A stretch of DNA of 64,000 nucleotides from an uncultured Polyangiaceae bacterium (lineage in GTDB: Bacteria; Myxococcota_A; Polyangia; Polyangiales; Polyangiaceae). The DNA lies in contig CAZARU010000014.1 of assembly GCA_964487605.1 (NCBI GenBank), positions 2,495-66,494 on the forward strand, given 5' to 3'. The translations under genes and the position numbers were made by a program. Below the pieces are notes generated by a model. It was not told the origin of the DNA and ran no database searches. It saw only the letters and a list, made by a program, of their open reading frames with translations. Within the stretch, counting starts at the first letter, position 1; each line of letters starts with the position of its first letter. Positions 1 to 9,875 of the stretch are shown here, piece after piece.

Positions 1-159
1 CTCGGCTGGGCCCCGACCCGCTCGAACGAAGAGATGATCGTGGAGTCTTACACGCACTACCTGGCCCACCGGGACGAAGTGCTCGCCCGTAGGGACGCGT
101 CGCATCATCGCTCGCCCGTTCGACCGGGGATCCTGCGGCTCATGGACTGGCTTCCTTGA
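1..159 (+). CDS. 3' end of an unidentified CDS entering from the left edge (52 codons plus TGA)
   Basis: Frame +1 is open from base 1 to TGA at 157-159, with G/C-rich third codon positions like neighbouring genes. The peptide LGWAPTRSNEEMIVESYTHYLAHRDEVL resembles C-termini of NAD-dependent epimerase/dehydratase proteins but is too short to assign. Confidence 0.3.
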   Translation, partial: LGWAPTRSNEEMIVESYTHYLAHRDEVLARRDASHHRSPVRPGILRLMDWLP

Positions 160-244
160 GTCGCCCGGCACATCCCCGCGCCGGCGCCCCACCGGCAGAG
201 CGCAGCAAACTGGCCCGTTCCGGACGGCCGCGTAAACTCCTGTC

Positions 245-454
245 GTGGCCGACATACGTGAAGTCCACCAGCTGATGAACGAGCGGCGCGCCGTCCTGCT
301 CCAGGACGGCCGGAGCGGCAGAATCGTGCGTGTGGACACTTCGTTCCCCCACCGGGCGACGGTCGTGTCCGTCTGGACCGGTGATCGCGCGGGCGGGCCG
401 AGCATCGCGAAGGTAGACCTGCGGGCCGTCGTCGGGCCGGCTCGCGTCGCCTGA
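245..454 (+). CDS. small hypothetical protein (69 aa, GTG start)
   Basis: ORF with G/C-biased third positions in an otherwise unassigned gap. It is convergent with the kinase gene, ending 3 nt from the kinase stop. No motif recognised. Confidence 0.3.
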   Translation: MADIREVHQLMNERRAVLLQDGRSGRIVRVDTSFPHRATVVSVWTGDRAGGPSIAKVDLRAVVGPARVA

Positions 455-457
455 AGA

Positions 458-3400
458 TCAGGAGCCCCCGGCTCCGTCCATGAGGCCAATCTCTTCGTCG
501 CAATCGTCCACCACCAGCTGATTGTTCGTGGACAGCGCGATGCGCCGCGCCTCGCCGAGTTCGCGCCGAGCCCCGGTCGGGTCCCCCGCCAGGCGCAACA
601 GCTTGCCCAGGAGATGACGCCCGGAGACGACGTCCCACGTCCAGCGGTTCTGCTCGGCGAACGCCAGCCGCTCGCCCAGGTCGCGAAGGGCGCCTTCTGC
701 ACCGTTCAGCGCGTCGAGGTAGTCGAGCAGCATGCGATTGTGGTTCACCATGCGCTCCGAGCCGCACTGTTGCGCGACGACGGTAGAGCGCTGGAGCGTG
801 GCGTACGCCCGCGGAAGCTGACCGAGCCGGAGGAGCGACTCGGCTTGATTGTGCAGATTCAGCGCGACCTCGTAGTTCAGCCGCGCAGCCCGCGCCTGCT
901 CGGCCGCCTGCTCGGCGGCGGCGGCGGACGCGCTCCAGTCGCGCCGAAAGGCGTGGATCAGCGCGCGGGCCTTCGCGCGCTGGTACGCGAGGCTCACGTC
1001 GTCGGCGGGCGCAAGGGCCGACGCCGCATCGAGCGCGGCAAGGGCCTCGTCGTGGCGACCGGAGCTCCCGAGCGCCTGCGACTGGATGAGGAGCGTCCGG
1101 TGTCGTTCATGGGGGTCGTCGCTCGGGAGGTCGGCGATGCGATCGATGACCCCCAGGGCCGCCTTGAAGTCGCCCTGCCTGAGCAGCACGTCCGCCTCGG
1201 CCGCCAGCGCCGCGCGCGACAGCTCCGGCCACGGCGCCGCGCGCTCCGCCGCGCGCGCCAGCAGTGCCCGCGCTTCGCGGGGCCGGTTGACGGAGCCCAG
1301 CGCAAGGCCGAGATCCACGGTGATGCGCACGGCCACGCGTGCGTCGACGTCGCGCCGTCGCTCGACCCACGCGGCCACCTTGTGGACGATGGCCGGTACG
1401 GACGCCCCGCTTCGAACGTAGTGCAGCGCCCGCGACAGCGCGCTGACCCACTCCGAGATCTCCTCGGCGGTCCGCGCGTCCAGATCGGCGAGCTCCAGGG
1501 CGCGAGCCAGGTCGCGGGCGGCTCGATCGAAGCGCCGCGCGTCCGTCTGGGCCAGACCACTCGTGGCGAACTGGCTGGCAGCGCGCTCGAGTTCACCCGC
1601 CTCGGCCAGGTGGTGCGCGATTCGGTCGGCCTGGCGGTCCGCGTTCGGGCCGAGGACCCGGTGGTAGGCATCGGCAGCGCGGACGTGCAGACCGAGGCGC
1701 GAGTCGTCGTCGAGATCGGCCAGAACGACCTCCGGCAGCAGAGGCGTGTGGAACCCGAGGAGCACCGGTCCTTGACGCTGCATCAAGCGGCGCGCCTCCA
1801 GGGTCTCGCACGCGGCGTTCACGAACCCGACCGAGGTCCCGAGCATCGCTGCCAGGACCGACGTGTCGACGGGCGCTCCCAGCACACAAGCGGCGACCAG
1901 CACGTCACGGTCAGCGTCGGGCAAACGACTGACTCGACCACCGAGCAGCGTGCGTAGCGGCCGTGGCACCGCGAGCGTCCCGCCGAGTCGGAGGGTCCGG
2001 ACCTTGCCGTCCTCGACGACCACCGCGCCGGAGTCCAGCGCCTCGTGGAGAAGCTCCTCGATGAACATGGGATGGCCACCCGCGCGGTCTCCGACGAACT
2101 CGAGGAGCGGCGCCGGCACGTCCGAGGCACCGATGCGCGAGGCCACGAGGCGTACGACGTCGTCGGGAGCGAGATCTCCGACACGGAGCTCCCGATAGCG
2201 CCGCAGAGACGTGAACGGCGCACCCTGACGCGGGCGCGCGGCGAAGACGAGCAGCGCACGACTCGACGACAGCGCCTCCACGACACCATGGAGCAGGTCC
2301 GCGCTCTCGGCGTCGAGCTCCTGGGCGTTGTCCCACGCGAACACGTGAAGTCGATCGGCGGCGAGCCGCGTGAACATTCGAGCGACGGCGCCGGCGAGCA
2401 GCGACGAAGACGCGGTACCGAGCGCCGCCCGCGCGAGCCCGAGTTCGCGCAGCACCGCGTCGACTTCGTCCTCGAGCAGACCGAGCGCGCGCAGTCCAGG
2501 CGCAACGGAGGCTACGCGCTCCGCGCCGTCGCCCTCGACGACGCCGCAGAGGGTGCGGAGCATCGCGGCGACGCCGCTCAAGGCAACCTCGTGCCCCCGC
2601 GGCGCGCAGTCGGCGACGTAGACGCCCACGTCGAAGCTTCCGCGGGAAATGCGGCGCTGCATCTCGTGGAGCAGGCGGGTCTTGCCGACACCTTGGTCCC
2701 CGAGGAGCCCGAGCACCTGCACCCGGCGCTGCGAAGCCTCCGCGAGCCGCTGGCCGAACTCGTGCAGCTCGTCCCGCCTGCCCACGAACCGCCCCGAAGC
2801 GTCGTGCGGCGCGCGCAGCGCTCCGATCTGCTGACCGGCGCCGCCGGCGAGCGGCTCCATCGAGAAGCGGCCCCGGAGGTTCCTGCCCGCCGCGTCGCTG
2901 ACGGCGACACGACCGCGCGCCGCCTGCGACAATCCGCGCGCCGCCGCGACGAGCTGTGCCTTCGCCCCGTCCTCGAGGGGCGTGCCCTCGGCCCCCACGT
3001 GGAGCGGTCCGACGGCAACGCCCGCACCGATGGAGCCGACCCCCGACGTGAACGCGCGCACCACGAGCAGGGCAGAGCGAACGGCACTCTCGGTATCGCG
3101 AGCGTCCACGTGGTCCAGACCGAACACGGCGACGATCTCCTTGGGTCCGTCGTCGATCACGCGGGCCCCGTAGCGACGCAGCAGGTCGCGGGCGCCCGTA
3201 CGCGTCGAGTCGGGCGCACCGTCGCCCCGGAAGCGCACGACGAGAACCGACGCTTCACGTCGATCTCGGCGCGATGGGGCGGGTGTCGGCGCGGCGGGGA
3301 CCGGCAAGCGTGGAACCGAGGAAACCTCGGTCACGATCTCCTCCACTGCCGTCGAGCCGTCCGCGTCGGCCACGTCGATGCCCACCGGTTCGATCGCCGC

Positions 3401-4357
3401 GGGGCTCTTGAACCGGTCCAAGAACTCCGCGAGGTCCGATGCCCCGAAACGCGAGCCGGACGAGTAGGCCGCAGCGAGTAGCCCCTCGTACAGCCGGCCG
3501 GCGCCGTCGAAGCGGTCGGCGGGGGACGTGGACATCGCCCTCGAGACGATCGCCAGGAGCTCTGCGTGGACGTGCGGAGCCACCGAGGCGAGCGGCGCGA
3601 CCCGGCCGTCCCGTACTCGGGCCAGTGTCGCCGCAGACGTCGGCTCTGCGAACGGGTGGACGCCTCCCAGCAGCTCGTAGAGCACGGTGCCGAGCGAGAA
3701 CTGGTCCGTCGCCGCATCGACCACGTCCCCACGCGCCTGCTCCGGGCTCATGTAGCTGGCCTTCCCCTTCAGTACGTGTTCGCCGCCAGGCCCCACGTCT
3801 TCCAGGGTGTCGCGCGCCTTGGCGATGCCGAAGTCCGTGAGCTTCACCTCCCCCTCCCAGCTCAAGAGAACGTTCTGCGGGCTCACGTCCCGGTGCACGA
3901 TCCCGAGCGGTCGAAGCTGCTCGTCGCGCCGTCGATGGGCGTGGTCGAGGCCCTTGGCCACCTCGGCCGCGACGTAGAGGGCCAGCTCCACCGGAAGCGC
4001 GACACCGGCGTCTCGGGCCAACCCCGTCAGCGTCGCGAGGTCCAAACCGGCGACGTACTCCATCGCCATGAAGTAGCTGGGGCCTTCACCGACGCGCTCG
4101 GGCTCGACGCGGCCGAGGTCGAAGACCTGGACGACGTTCGCGTGACTGAGCCTCACGGCGAGCTTCGCCTCCTGGATGAACAGGTCCACGAACGCGGCGT
4201 GCGCCGCCAGTTTCGGCAGAATGCGCTTGATGACGAGGATCTTCTCGAACCCCTCGACGCCGAAGCTCTTGGCCTTGAAGACCTCGGCCATGCCGCCGCT
4301 GCCCAGTCGTTCGAGAAGCTGATAGCGCCCGAACGGGGCTGGCAGAGCCGTGCTCAT
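458..4357 (-). CDS. Ser/Thr protein kinase fused to a degenerate cyclase-homology domain, AAA/STAND NTPase and TPR-like C-terminus (1299 aa)
   Basis: Hanks kinase motifs are present: GSGGMAEVFKA, VIKRI, HRDVSPQNVLL, DFGIAK, SYMSPEQ. A cyclase-like block follows (ASVLVVRFRG...IVAVFGLDH...ARDTESAVRSAL). Walker A is GDQGVGKT, followed by a long helical/TPR-like tail. ATG at 4357 lies 12 nt after the dnaK stop. Confidence 0.9.
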   Translation of the reverse strand: MSTALPAPFGRYQLLERLGSGGMAEVFKAKSFGVEGFEKILVIKRILPKLAAHAAFVDLFIQEAKLAVRLSHANVVQVFDLGRVEPERVGEGPSYFMAMEYVAGLDLATLTGLARDAGVALPVELALYVAAEVAKGLDHAHRRRDEQLRPLGIVHRDVSPQNVLLSWEGEVKLTDFGIAKARDTLEDVGPGGEHVLKGKASYMSPEQARGDVVDAATDQFSLGTVLYELLGGVHPFAEPTSAATLARVRDGRVAPLASVAPHVHAELLAIVSRAMSTSPADRFDGAGRLYEGLLAAAYSSGSRFGASDLAEFLDRFKSPAAIEPVGIDVADADGSTAVEEIVTEVSSVPRLPVPAAPTPAPSRRDRREASVLVVRFRGDGAPDSTRTGARDLLRRYGARVIDDGPKEIVAVFGLDHVDARDTESAVRSALLVVRAFTSGVGSIGAGVAVGPLHVGAEGTPLEDGAKAQLVAAARGLSQAARGRVAVSDAAGRNLRGRFSMEPLAGGAGQQIGALRAPHDASGRFVGRRDELHEFGQRLAEASQRRVQVLGLLGDQGVGKTRLLHEMQRRISRGSFDVGVYVADCAPRGHEVALSGVAAMLRTLCGVVEGDGAERVASVAPGLRALGLLEDEVDAVLRELGLARAALGTASSSLLAGAVARMFTRLAADRLHVFAWDNAQELDAESADLLHGVVEALSSSRALLVFAARPRQGAPFTSLRRYRELRVGDLAPDDVVRLVASRIGASDVPAPLLEFVGDRAGGHPMFIEELLHEALDSGAVVVEDGKVRTLRLGGTLAVPRPLRTLLGGRVSRLPDADRDVLVAACVLGAPVDTSVLAAMLGTSVGFVNAACETLEARRLMQRQGPVLLGFHTPLLPEVVLADLDDDSRLGLHVRAADAYHRVLGPNADRQADRIAHHLAEAGELERAASQFATSGLAQTDARRFDRAARDLARALELADLDARTAEEISEWVSALSRALHYVRSGASVPAIVHKVAAWVERRRDVDARVAVRITVDLGLALGSVNRPREARALLARAAERAAPWPELSRAALAAEADVLLRQGDFKAALGVIDRIADLPSDDPHERHRTLLIQSQALGSSGRHDEALAALDAASALAPADDVSLAYQRAKARALIHAFRRDWSASAAAAEQAAEQARAARLNYEVALNLHNQAESLLRLGQLPRAYATLQRSTVVAQQCGSERMVNHNRMLLDYLDALNGAEGALRDLGERLAFAEQNRWTWDVVSGRHLLGKLLRLAGDPTGARRELGEARRIALSTNNQLVVDDCDEEIGLMDGAGGS

Positions 4358-4369
4358 GGTCCAGGGACG

Positions 4370-6214
4370 TCAGGCGCCCGCGCCATCGTCACCGCCACCG
4401 TACATGGCCTCGGCGATCTCGAACGTGGCGTTCTCGAGCCGAGCGTAGGCCTCACGAATCGCATCCAGATCGCTGCCGCCTTCGAGCACGTGCCGGAGCG
4501 CCGTCAGGTCCGCGCGAATGGAATCGACACGCTCGGCGTCGAGGAGATCGCTGTAGCCCTCGATGGCCTGTTCGGTGGTGTAGATGAGGGTTTCCGCCTG
4601 ATTCTTGAGTTCGGCGAGCTCCTTGCGGAGCTGATCCGTCTCGGCGAACTTCTCGCCCTCGGAGACCAGGCGGTCCACCTCGTCCTGGCTCAGGCCGCTC
4701 GTGGGCGTGATGTTGACGGTCTGAGCCTTGCCCGTACCCAGGTCCTTCGCCTCCACGGAGAGGATTCCCTCGGCGTCGATGCGAAAGGTCACCTGAATCT
4801 TCGGTACTCCACGGGGCGCTGGCGGAATCCCCGTCAGCTCGAACCTGGCGAGACTGCGATTGTCGGCCGCCATCTCCCGCTCGCCTTGGAGCACGTGAAT
4901 GGGAACGAAGGGCTGGTTGTCGACGCTCGTCGTGAAGATCTCGCTCTTTTCGGTGGGGACGGTGGTGTTGCGATTGATGAGCTTCGTGAAGACCCCGCCG
5001 CCGGTCTCCACACCGATGGACAGCGGCGTCACGTCGAGGAGCAGCACCTCGTCGATCTCGCCGCCGAGGGCTCCACCCTGGATCGCCGCGCCCACGGCGA
5101 CCACCTCGTCGGGGTTCACGCCCTTGTTGGCGTCCCGACCGAAGAGTTCCTTGACCGCCTTCTGAACGGCCGGCATGCGCGTCATCCCTCCGACCAGCAC
5201 GACCTGGTCGACGTCACCCGGCTTCATGCCCGCGTCGGTGAGCGTACGGCGGCAAGCGTCCATGGTGCGCTCGACCAGATCCGTCGTCATGATCTCGAGT
5301 TCGCTGCGCTTCATCGAGCGCTCGAGGTGCAGAGGGCCGGCGTCGCCCGTGGCGATGAACGGGATGTTGATCTCGGTTTCGAGGGACGAGGACAGCTCGT
5401 GCTTCGCCTTCTCGGCGGCTTCGCGCAGCCGCTGAAGCGCCATGCGGTCCTTCCGAAGATCGATGTCGTTCGTCTTCTCGAACTCCTCGGCGAGCTTGTC
5501 GACGATCCGGACGTCGAAATCCTCGCCGCCGAGGTGCGTGTCGCCGCCCGTGGCCTTCACGTTGAAGACACCTTCGCTGATTTCGAGGATCGAAATGTCG
5601 AACGTGCCACCACCGAGGTCGTACACGGCGATGCGCTCTCCGCCCTGGCTGTCCAGGCCGTACGCGAGCGACGCCGCGGTCGGCTCGTTGATGATGCGCT
5701 TGACGTCGAGCCCGGCGATCCTCCCGGCGTCCTTGGTGGCCTGCCGTTGCGCGTCGTCGAAGTAGGCCGGAACCGTCACGATGGCTTCGGTGACGGCTTC
5801 ACCGAGGTACGCCTCGGCGATCTCCTTCATCTTGCCGAGGATGAACGACGAGAGCTCGGGCGGAGACATCTTGGATCCCCGGATTGCGACCCACGCGTCG
5901 CCGTTGTCGGACGCGACGACCGAGTACGGCACCGACCTGGAATGCTTCTGGACGTCCGGCGAATCGAACTTCTGCCCCATCAGACGCTTGGCGGCGTACA
6001 CCGTGTTCTCGGGGTTCGTGGTGGCCTGCCGCTTGGCGACCTGACCGACGAGGCGCTCACCCGACGCTACGAAGCCGAGAAACGACGGGGTGGTCCGCGC
6101 CCCGTCCGCGTTGGGGATCACCTTCACTTCGGGCGCACCCGTGGCCCCCGTCCCCTCGAGGACGGCCACGCACGAGTTCGTCGTGCCCAGGTCGATGCCG
6201 ATGATCTTGCCCAT
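4370..6214 (-). CDS. dnaK: molecular chaperone DnaK (Hsp70)
   Basis: Canonical N-terminus [18 protein letters not shown]. Also [18 protein letters not shown] and a full substrate-binding and lid region. 614 aa. Confidence 0.97.
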   Translation of the reverse strand: MGKIIGIDLGTTNSCVAVLEGTGATGAPEVKVIPNADGARTTPSFLGFVASGERLVGQVAKRQATTNPENTVYAAKRLMGQKFDSPDVQKHSRSVPYSVVASDNGDAWVAIRGSKMSPPELSSFILGKMKEIAEAYLGEAVTEAIVTVPAYFDDAQRQATKDAGRIAGLDVKRIINEPTAASLAYGLDSQGGERIAVYDLGGGTFDISILEISEGVFNVKATGGDTHLGGEDFDVRIVDKLAEEFEKTNDIDLRKDRMALQRLREAAEKAKHELSSSLETEINIPFIATGDAGPLHLERSMKRSELEIMTTDLVERTMDACRRTLTDAGMKPGDVDQVVLVGGMTRMPAVQKAVKELFGRDANKGVNPDEVVAVGAAIQGGALGGEIDEVLLLDVTPLSIGVETGGGVFTKLINRNTTVPTEKSEIFTTSVDNQPFVPIHVLQGEREMAADNRSLARFELTGIPPAPRGVPKIQVTFRIDAEGILSVEAKDLGTGKAQTVNITPTSGLSQDEVDRLVSEGEKFAETDQLRKELAELKNQAETLIYTTEQAIEGYSDLLDAERVDSIRADLTALRHVLEGGSDLDAIREAYARLENATFEIAEAMYGGGDDGAGA

Positions 6215-6321
6215 CCCGACGGGCCGCGGAGCATAGCAAGCCCGGCTGGGAGCGGGCAGCCGCGGGACGCCCGGCCTCCTCGGGCGCTCGGGCCGCGGAA
6301 ATCAGCCGCAGAGCATCGGAA

Positions 6322-6341
6322 CCCGCCGTCCGGACGGCGGG
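6322..6341 (-). promoter_or_regulatory. perfect 20-nt GC palindrome (hairpin) immediately after the grpE stop in the grpE-dnaK spacer
   Basis: cccgccgtccggacggcggg is self-complementary over all 20 nt. On the mRNA strand it is followed by UUCCGAUG. Candidate attenuator or processing hairpin rather than a strong terminator. Confidence 0.4.
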
Positions 6342-6342
6342 G

Positions 6343-6993
6343 TCAGGCGTCTCCCGCGGGCGTGACGTCGTCCGGCGGGTCCACGCCCGGTGCGGCGTCG
6401 GAGTCCGCCCCGGCATCGCCGGTTACCTCCGGGCTCGCCTCTTCGGCGGCCTTGGCGACCACGACCATGGCGGGGCGGATCAGGCGCTCGCCCATGCGAT
6501 AGCCCGCTTGCACCTCCGCCGTGATGGTTCCGGGGGCATGCTCGCTGGACGCGATCTGCTGAATCGCCTCGTGCAGCGACGGATCGAAGGGCTGGCCGTG
6601 GCTCACCAGGCGCTCGACGCCGACGCGGCCGAGCGTGTCACCGAACTGGCGCATCACCATCCGGATGCCTTCCGCGAGCGACGCGACGTCCGACGCCGTC
6701 TCGGTATGGGCCACCGCCCGCTCGAGGTTGTCGAACACCGGGAGCAGCTCCTTGAGAAGATCCTCCCTGCCGCGGCGGTCCGCGTCCACGACCTCGCGAC
6801 GCGATCGCTTGCGAAAATTGTCGAAATCCGCGGCAGTCCGAAGGAGCTGGTCCCTGAGCCGCTTGTTCTCCGCTCTGGCCTCCTCCAGGGGGTCGATCGG
6901 CGCTGCGGCCGCCGCTGCTGCGTCGGCCTCCGGGGCGTCCTCCGCGGCGGACCCCCCGCCGGGGTCGAGGTCGGGCTCGGAGTCGTCGCTCAC
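6343..6993 (-). CDS. grpE: nucleotide exchange factor GrpE
   Basis: GrpE signature [17 protein letters not shown], plus a C-terminal beta domain (HEAIQQI...[16 protein letters not shown]). The GTG start overlaps the stop of the upstream ORF (GTGA). Confidence 0.92.
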   Translation of the reverse strand: MSDDSEPDLDPGGGSAAEDAPEADAAAAAAAPIDPLEEARAENKRLRDQLLRTAADFDNFRKRSRREVVDADRRGREDLLKELLPVFDNLERAVAHTETASDVASLAEGIRMVMRQFGDTLGRVGVERLVSHGQPFDPSLHEAIQQIASSEHAPGTITAEVQAGYRMGERLIRPAMVVVAKAAEEASPEVTGDAGADSDAAPGVDPPDDVTPAGDA

Positions 6994-8057
6994 GGACCCA
7001 GCTTAGTACCGCCACCGCCTGGGAGGCGCAAATCCCGGGCGTGTTCGCGAACCACCGGGGGCGCCTCCTCGCACCGCGCCTGCCGGACCGCCGTGAGCAT
7101 GCCCCCGCTCGACCGAGCGTCGGGGTCGCCGACGCCGGGCGCTGGCGCGAACCAGACGTCGATGTCCTCTGGGATCGCCCAGAACGCCGGCGGCCCCGTG
7201 AGCACTCGGATCCGTCGCCCGACCGACGGCTCACGGCCGTACGCTCGGGTCTCGACCCAGAAGCACCGATCGACCGACGCAGGCGCGTACAGGTGCTCTT
7301 TCCCGCTCTCGACGACGACGCGATCCTGCGTCAGGAGGCGACCGTCGAGGGCCACGGCAGAGACGTCGTGCTGGCCCGCGGCGACCCTCAACACCGCTCC
7401 GGCGCTCGGGCTCTCGCCCGTCGTGGCCTCCACGAGCGCCACGCGCCGGCCGTCCAGCGAGACCCAGAGCCTCTCACCGGTGAGGTTGAGGACCCGCAGC
7501 GTCGGGTGAAACGCCTTGTGAATCGGGAAGGTCGCGCCCACCGCCAGAGCCGCGCCGAGCCACGCCCAAGGCGCGACGGCGGCGGGGCGGGCCGCGGGCA
7601 CTGGCGCTCCGAGCCCCGCCGCAGACGACAGGTCCCGTGCCCACTCGCGACGGGCGCACACGATCCGACCAGCGGGTAGGTCGGCCCAAACCGCTGGGCC
7701 CCACGCGGCGTGGCCGGAGGCCGGGCGTCGCGACGCGAGCGTCACGACGACGGGGGCGACCACGGACACGAACGCGACGAACCCGAGGTGGCTCGCGAGC
7801 GTGACGCCCGACCAGACGTGCGGCAGCATGGCGGCGGTCGCGCCCCCACCGAGCAGACCGGCGAGCGCCGACGCGAGCGCGAGCGTTCCGCCACGATCCG
7901 CATGCCGCCGGCACGCGAGACAGTAGGGAACGTCCAGTAATCGTTCGCGTGTTTCGAGGAGGCGTGTCACTCGCGGCGGCGCACCGCAGCACGCGCACTC
8001 GCGAGGGAGCGCGGCGTCCCGGGGGAGCGGTCCTACTGCGTGAGCCGGCCCGGTCAC
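6990..8057 (-). CDS. hypothetical membrane protein with N-terminal Cys-rich (zinc-ribbon-like) segment
   Basis: ECACCGAPP...YCLACRRH (CxCC...CxxC) is followed by about 3 hydrophobic helices and a beta-rich C-terminal region. Coding-like codon bias. Stop overlaps the grpE start. Confidence 0.6.
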   Translation of the reverse strand: MTGPAHAVGPLPRDAALPRECACCGAPPRVTRLLETRERLLDVPYCLACRRHADRGGTLALASALAGLLGGGATAAMLPHVWSGVTLASHLGFVAFVSVVAPVVVTLASRRPASGHAAWGPAVWADLPAGRIVCARREWARDLSSAAGLGAPVPAARPAAVAPWAWLGAALAVGATFPIHKAFHPTLRVLNLTGERLWVSLDGRRVALVEATTGESPSAGAVLRVAAGQHDVSAVALDGRLLTQDRVVVESGKEHLYAPASVDRCFWVETRAYGREPSVGRRIRVLTGPPAFWAIPEDIDVWFAPAPGVGDPDARSSGGMLTAVRQARCEEAPPVVREHARDLRLPGGGGTKLGP

Positions 8058-8183
8058 CGGCGGCCCGCCCCGGGCATGGAGGGCGCGATGCCGCGGGAGC
8101 GGGCTGCCGTCCTGCGGGCGTCACCCGAGCCGCACCGCCAATCCGGGCAGCGTGCGGTAGACTGATGTGGGGCGAAGAAAACC

Positions 8184-9875
8184 ATGTACGTCGCGGAGCC
8201 GTCCGAAGGCCTGGTGATCGCCGGCAAGTATCGGCTCCTCGAGCGGATTGGCGCCGGCGGAATGGGCGAGGTGTACCGCGCGGAGAATACAGCGATCGGC
8301 CGCACCGTTGCAGTGAAGCTCCTCAAGAGGAGCGAAGCGACGGACCGCGACATGGCCCAGCGCCTGCTGACCGAGGCAAAGACGATCGGCGCGCTGCACC
8401 ATCCGGCGATCGTGGACGTGTACGACGCAGGAGTCGGCGAAACGGGTCCGTACGTGGTCATGGAGTACTTGACCGGGGCGAGCGCGGCGAAGGTCATCGC
8501 CCGGTTCGGTCGGTTCGGCCTCGACGCGTCCGTGGTGACGGCGCTCGCCATCGTCGACGCGCTCACCGCGACGCACGACCGGGGGATCGTGCACCGGGAT
8601 CTCAAGCCAGAGAACGTGTTCTTCGCGTTCTCGGAGCCGGAGGGCGCCCGCATCAAGCTCCTCGACTTCGGCATCGCCAAGGTGCTCGCCCCCCTCGACG
8701 GAACCCCGCAGACGGCAACCGGCGTCATCTTCGGTACGCCGGACTACATGTCGCCGGAACAGGCCAGTGGCGACGGCCCCATCACCGAGCGCACCGACCT
8801 GTTCAGCTTCGGCGTGCTGTTCTACGAGCTGCTCACGGGCCAGCGACCTTTCAGCGGTCCCACCGCGGTCGCGACGGCTTACCGAATCGCGCACGCACGC
8901 ACGCCGACGCTCTCGGAGCACGGCGGGCCCGACCACGCCGTCCTCGACGCCATCATCTCGCGCGCCCTGGCCAAACGACCGTCCGAGCGGTACGGCTCCG
9001 CGCGGGAGCTCGCGACGGAGCTGAGGACCGTCGCGATCGATCGCGAGCTGGGGGTCAAGGAGCTCGACCACCTGGTTCGCACCATGGTCGGCAGCGTTCG
9101 GCCGTCGTCTCCCGACGGGCACCTGGGCACGACGTCCGGCAAGCTGCTGCGCAGCCCGGCGTCACCGTGGTCGGCCCCGCTCGCCCCACCCGTGTCCAAC
9201 AGCCCGCTCGCCCGTGCCGCATTCCTCACGACCGAGCGTTCGGAAGGCGACCGACCCACGCCGAATCGTGGGCTCACGCCCCGTCGCGGAGCCACACCGC
9301 GCCCCGTCCCCGCCGCGACCCGGGCACACGTTCGCGGGGTCGTCCTGCGAGCCTTCGATCGTGCCGTTCGCGACGCCGTGGGTGAGGCCGCGAGGGGGGA
9401 CCTCCTCGCTTCGCTTCCTCACGAGCACTCCCGCGACTTCCTGTACGGAACCGTCCAGGGAATCGTGCAGTACGAGCTCGCCATTCTCGTCGCCTACGTC
9501 GAAGCTGCAACGCCCGTGGTCCACCGAGGAAACGCGTCCGGATGGCACGGGGCCGGCGCGAAGGCGCTGACGGGCGAGCTCGCTCCGCTCTTCAGGAACG
9601 CCCTTCGGACCGAGGCGCCTCTCGCCCTGACTCGCCGTGTCGTGGCGCTCTGCGAGCGCTTCTTCGACTTTGGTCGCTGGGAGGTGACGGCGGAGGCCGA
9701 GCGCATCGTCGCCGTGCGCGCGTGGGACTTCGAAGCAGCGCCGCTCGCCCTCCGCTTCTGGCTGGCGGGTCTGCTCGACGAGGCTGCGCAGCGCGCTACG
9801 CCCCGCGCGAACGCGCGGATGTCGAGGGGCGACACCCCTGGCGCGCCACTGCTCGCCATCGACGTCACCTGGTGA
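8184..9875 (+). CDS. Ser/Thr protein kinase with C-terminal TIGR02265/DUF2378-like domain
   Basis: Kinase motifs GAGGMGEVYRA, VAVKLL, HRDLKPENVF, DFGIAK, DYMSPEQ. The C-terminal roughly 190 aa (VRGVVLRAFDRAV...FDFGRWEV...LLAIDVTW) matches my memory of the Myxococcus paralogous family TIGR02265. Confidence 0.88.
   Translation: MYVAEPSEGLVIAGKYRLLERIGAGGMGEVYRAENTAIGRTVAVKLLKRSEATDRDMAQRLLTEAKTIGALHHPAIVDVYDAGVGETGPYVVMEYLTGASAAKVIARFGRFGLDASVVTALAIVDALTATHDRGIVHRDLKPENVFFAFSEPEGARIKLLDFGIAKVLAPLDGTPQTATGVIFGTPDYMSPEQASGDGPITERTDLFSFGVLFYELLTGQRPFSGPTAVATAYRIAHARTPTLSEHGGPDHAVLDAIISRALAKRPSERYGSARELATELRTVAIDRELGVKELDHLVRTMVGSVRPSSPDGHLGTTSGKLLRSPASPWSAPLAPPVSNSPLARAAFLTTERSEGDRPTPNRGLTPRRGATPRPVPAATRAHVRGVVLRAFDRAVRDAVGEAARGDLLASLPHEHSRDFLYGTVQGIVQYELAILVAYVEAATPVVHRGNASGWHGAGAKALTGELAPLFRNALRTEAPLALTRRVVALCERFFDFGRWEVTAEAERIVAVRAWDFEAAPLALRFWLAGLLDEAAQRATPRANARMSRGDTPGAPLLAIDVTW

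Noticed and set aside
3566-6502. 978-aa ORF on the + strand, antisense to dnaK and the kinase. Similar ORFs lie at 614-1957 and 2045-3481.
   Set aside because: The translations are Arg/Gly/Ala/Pro-rich and low-complexity, with no motifs. The opposite strand encodes unmistakable DnaK and kinase sequences. These are typical shadow ORFs of a genome with about 70% GC.
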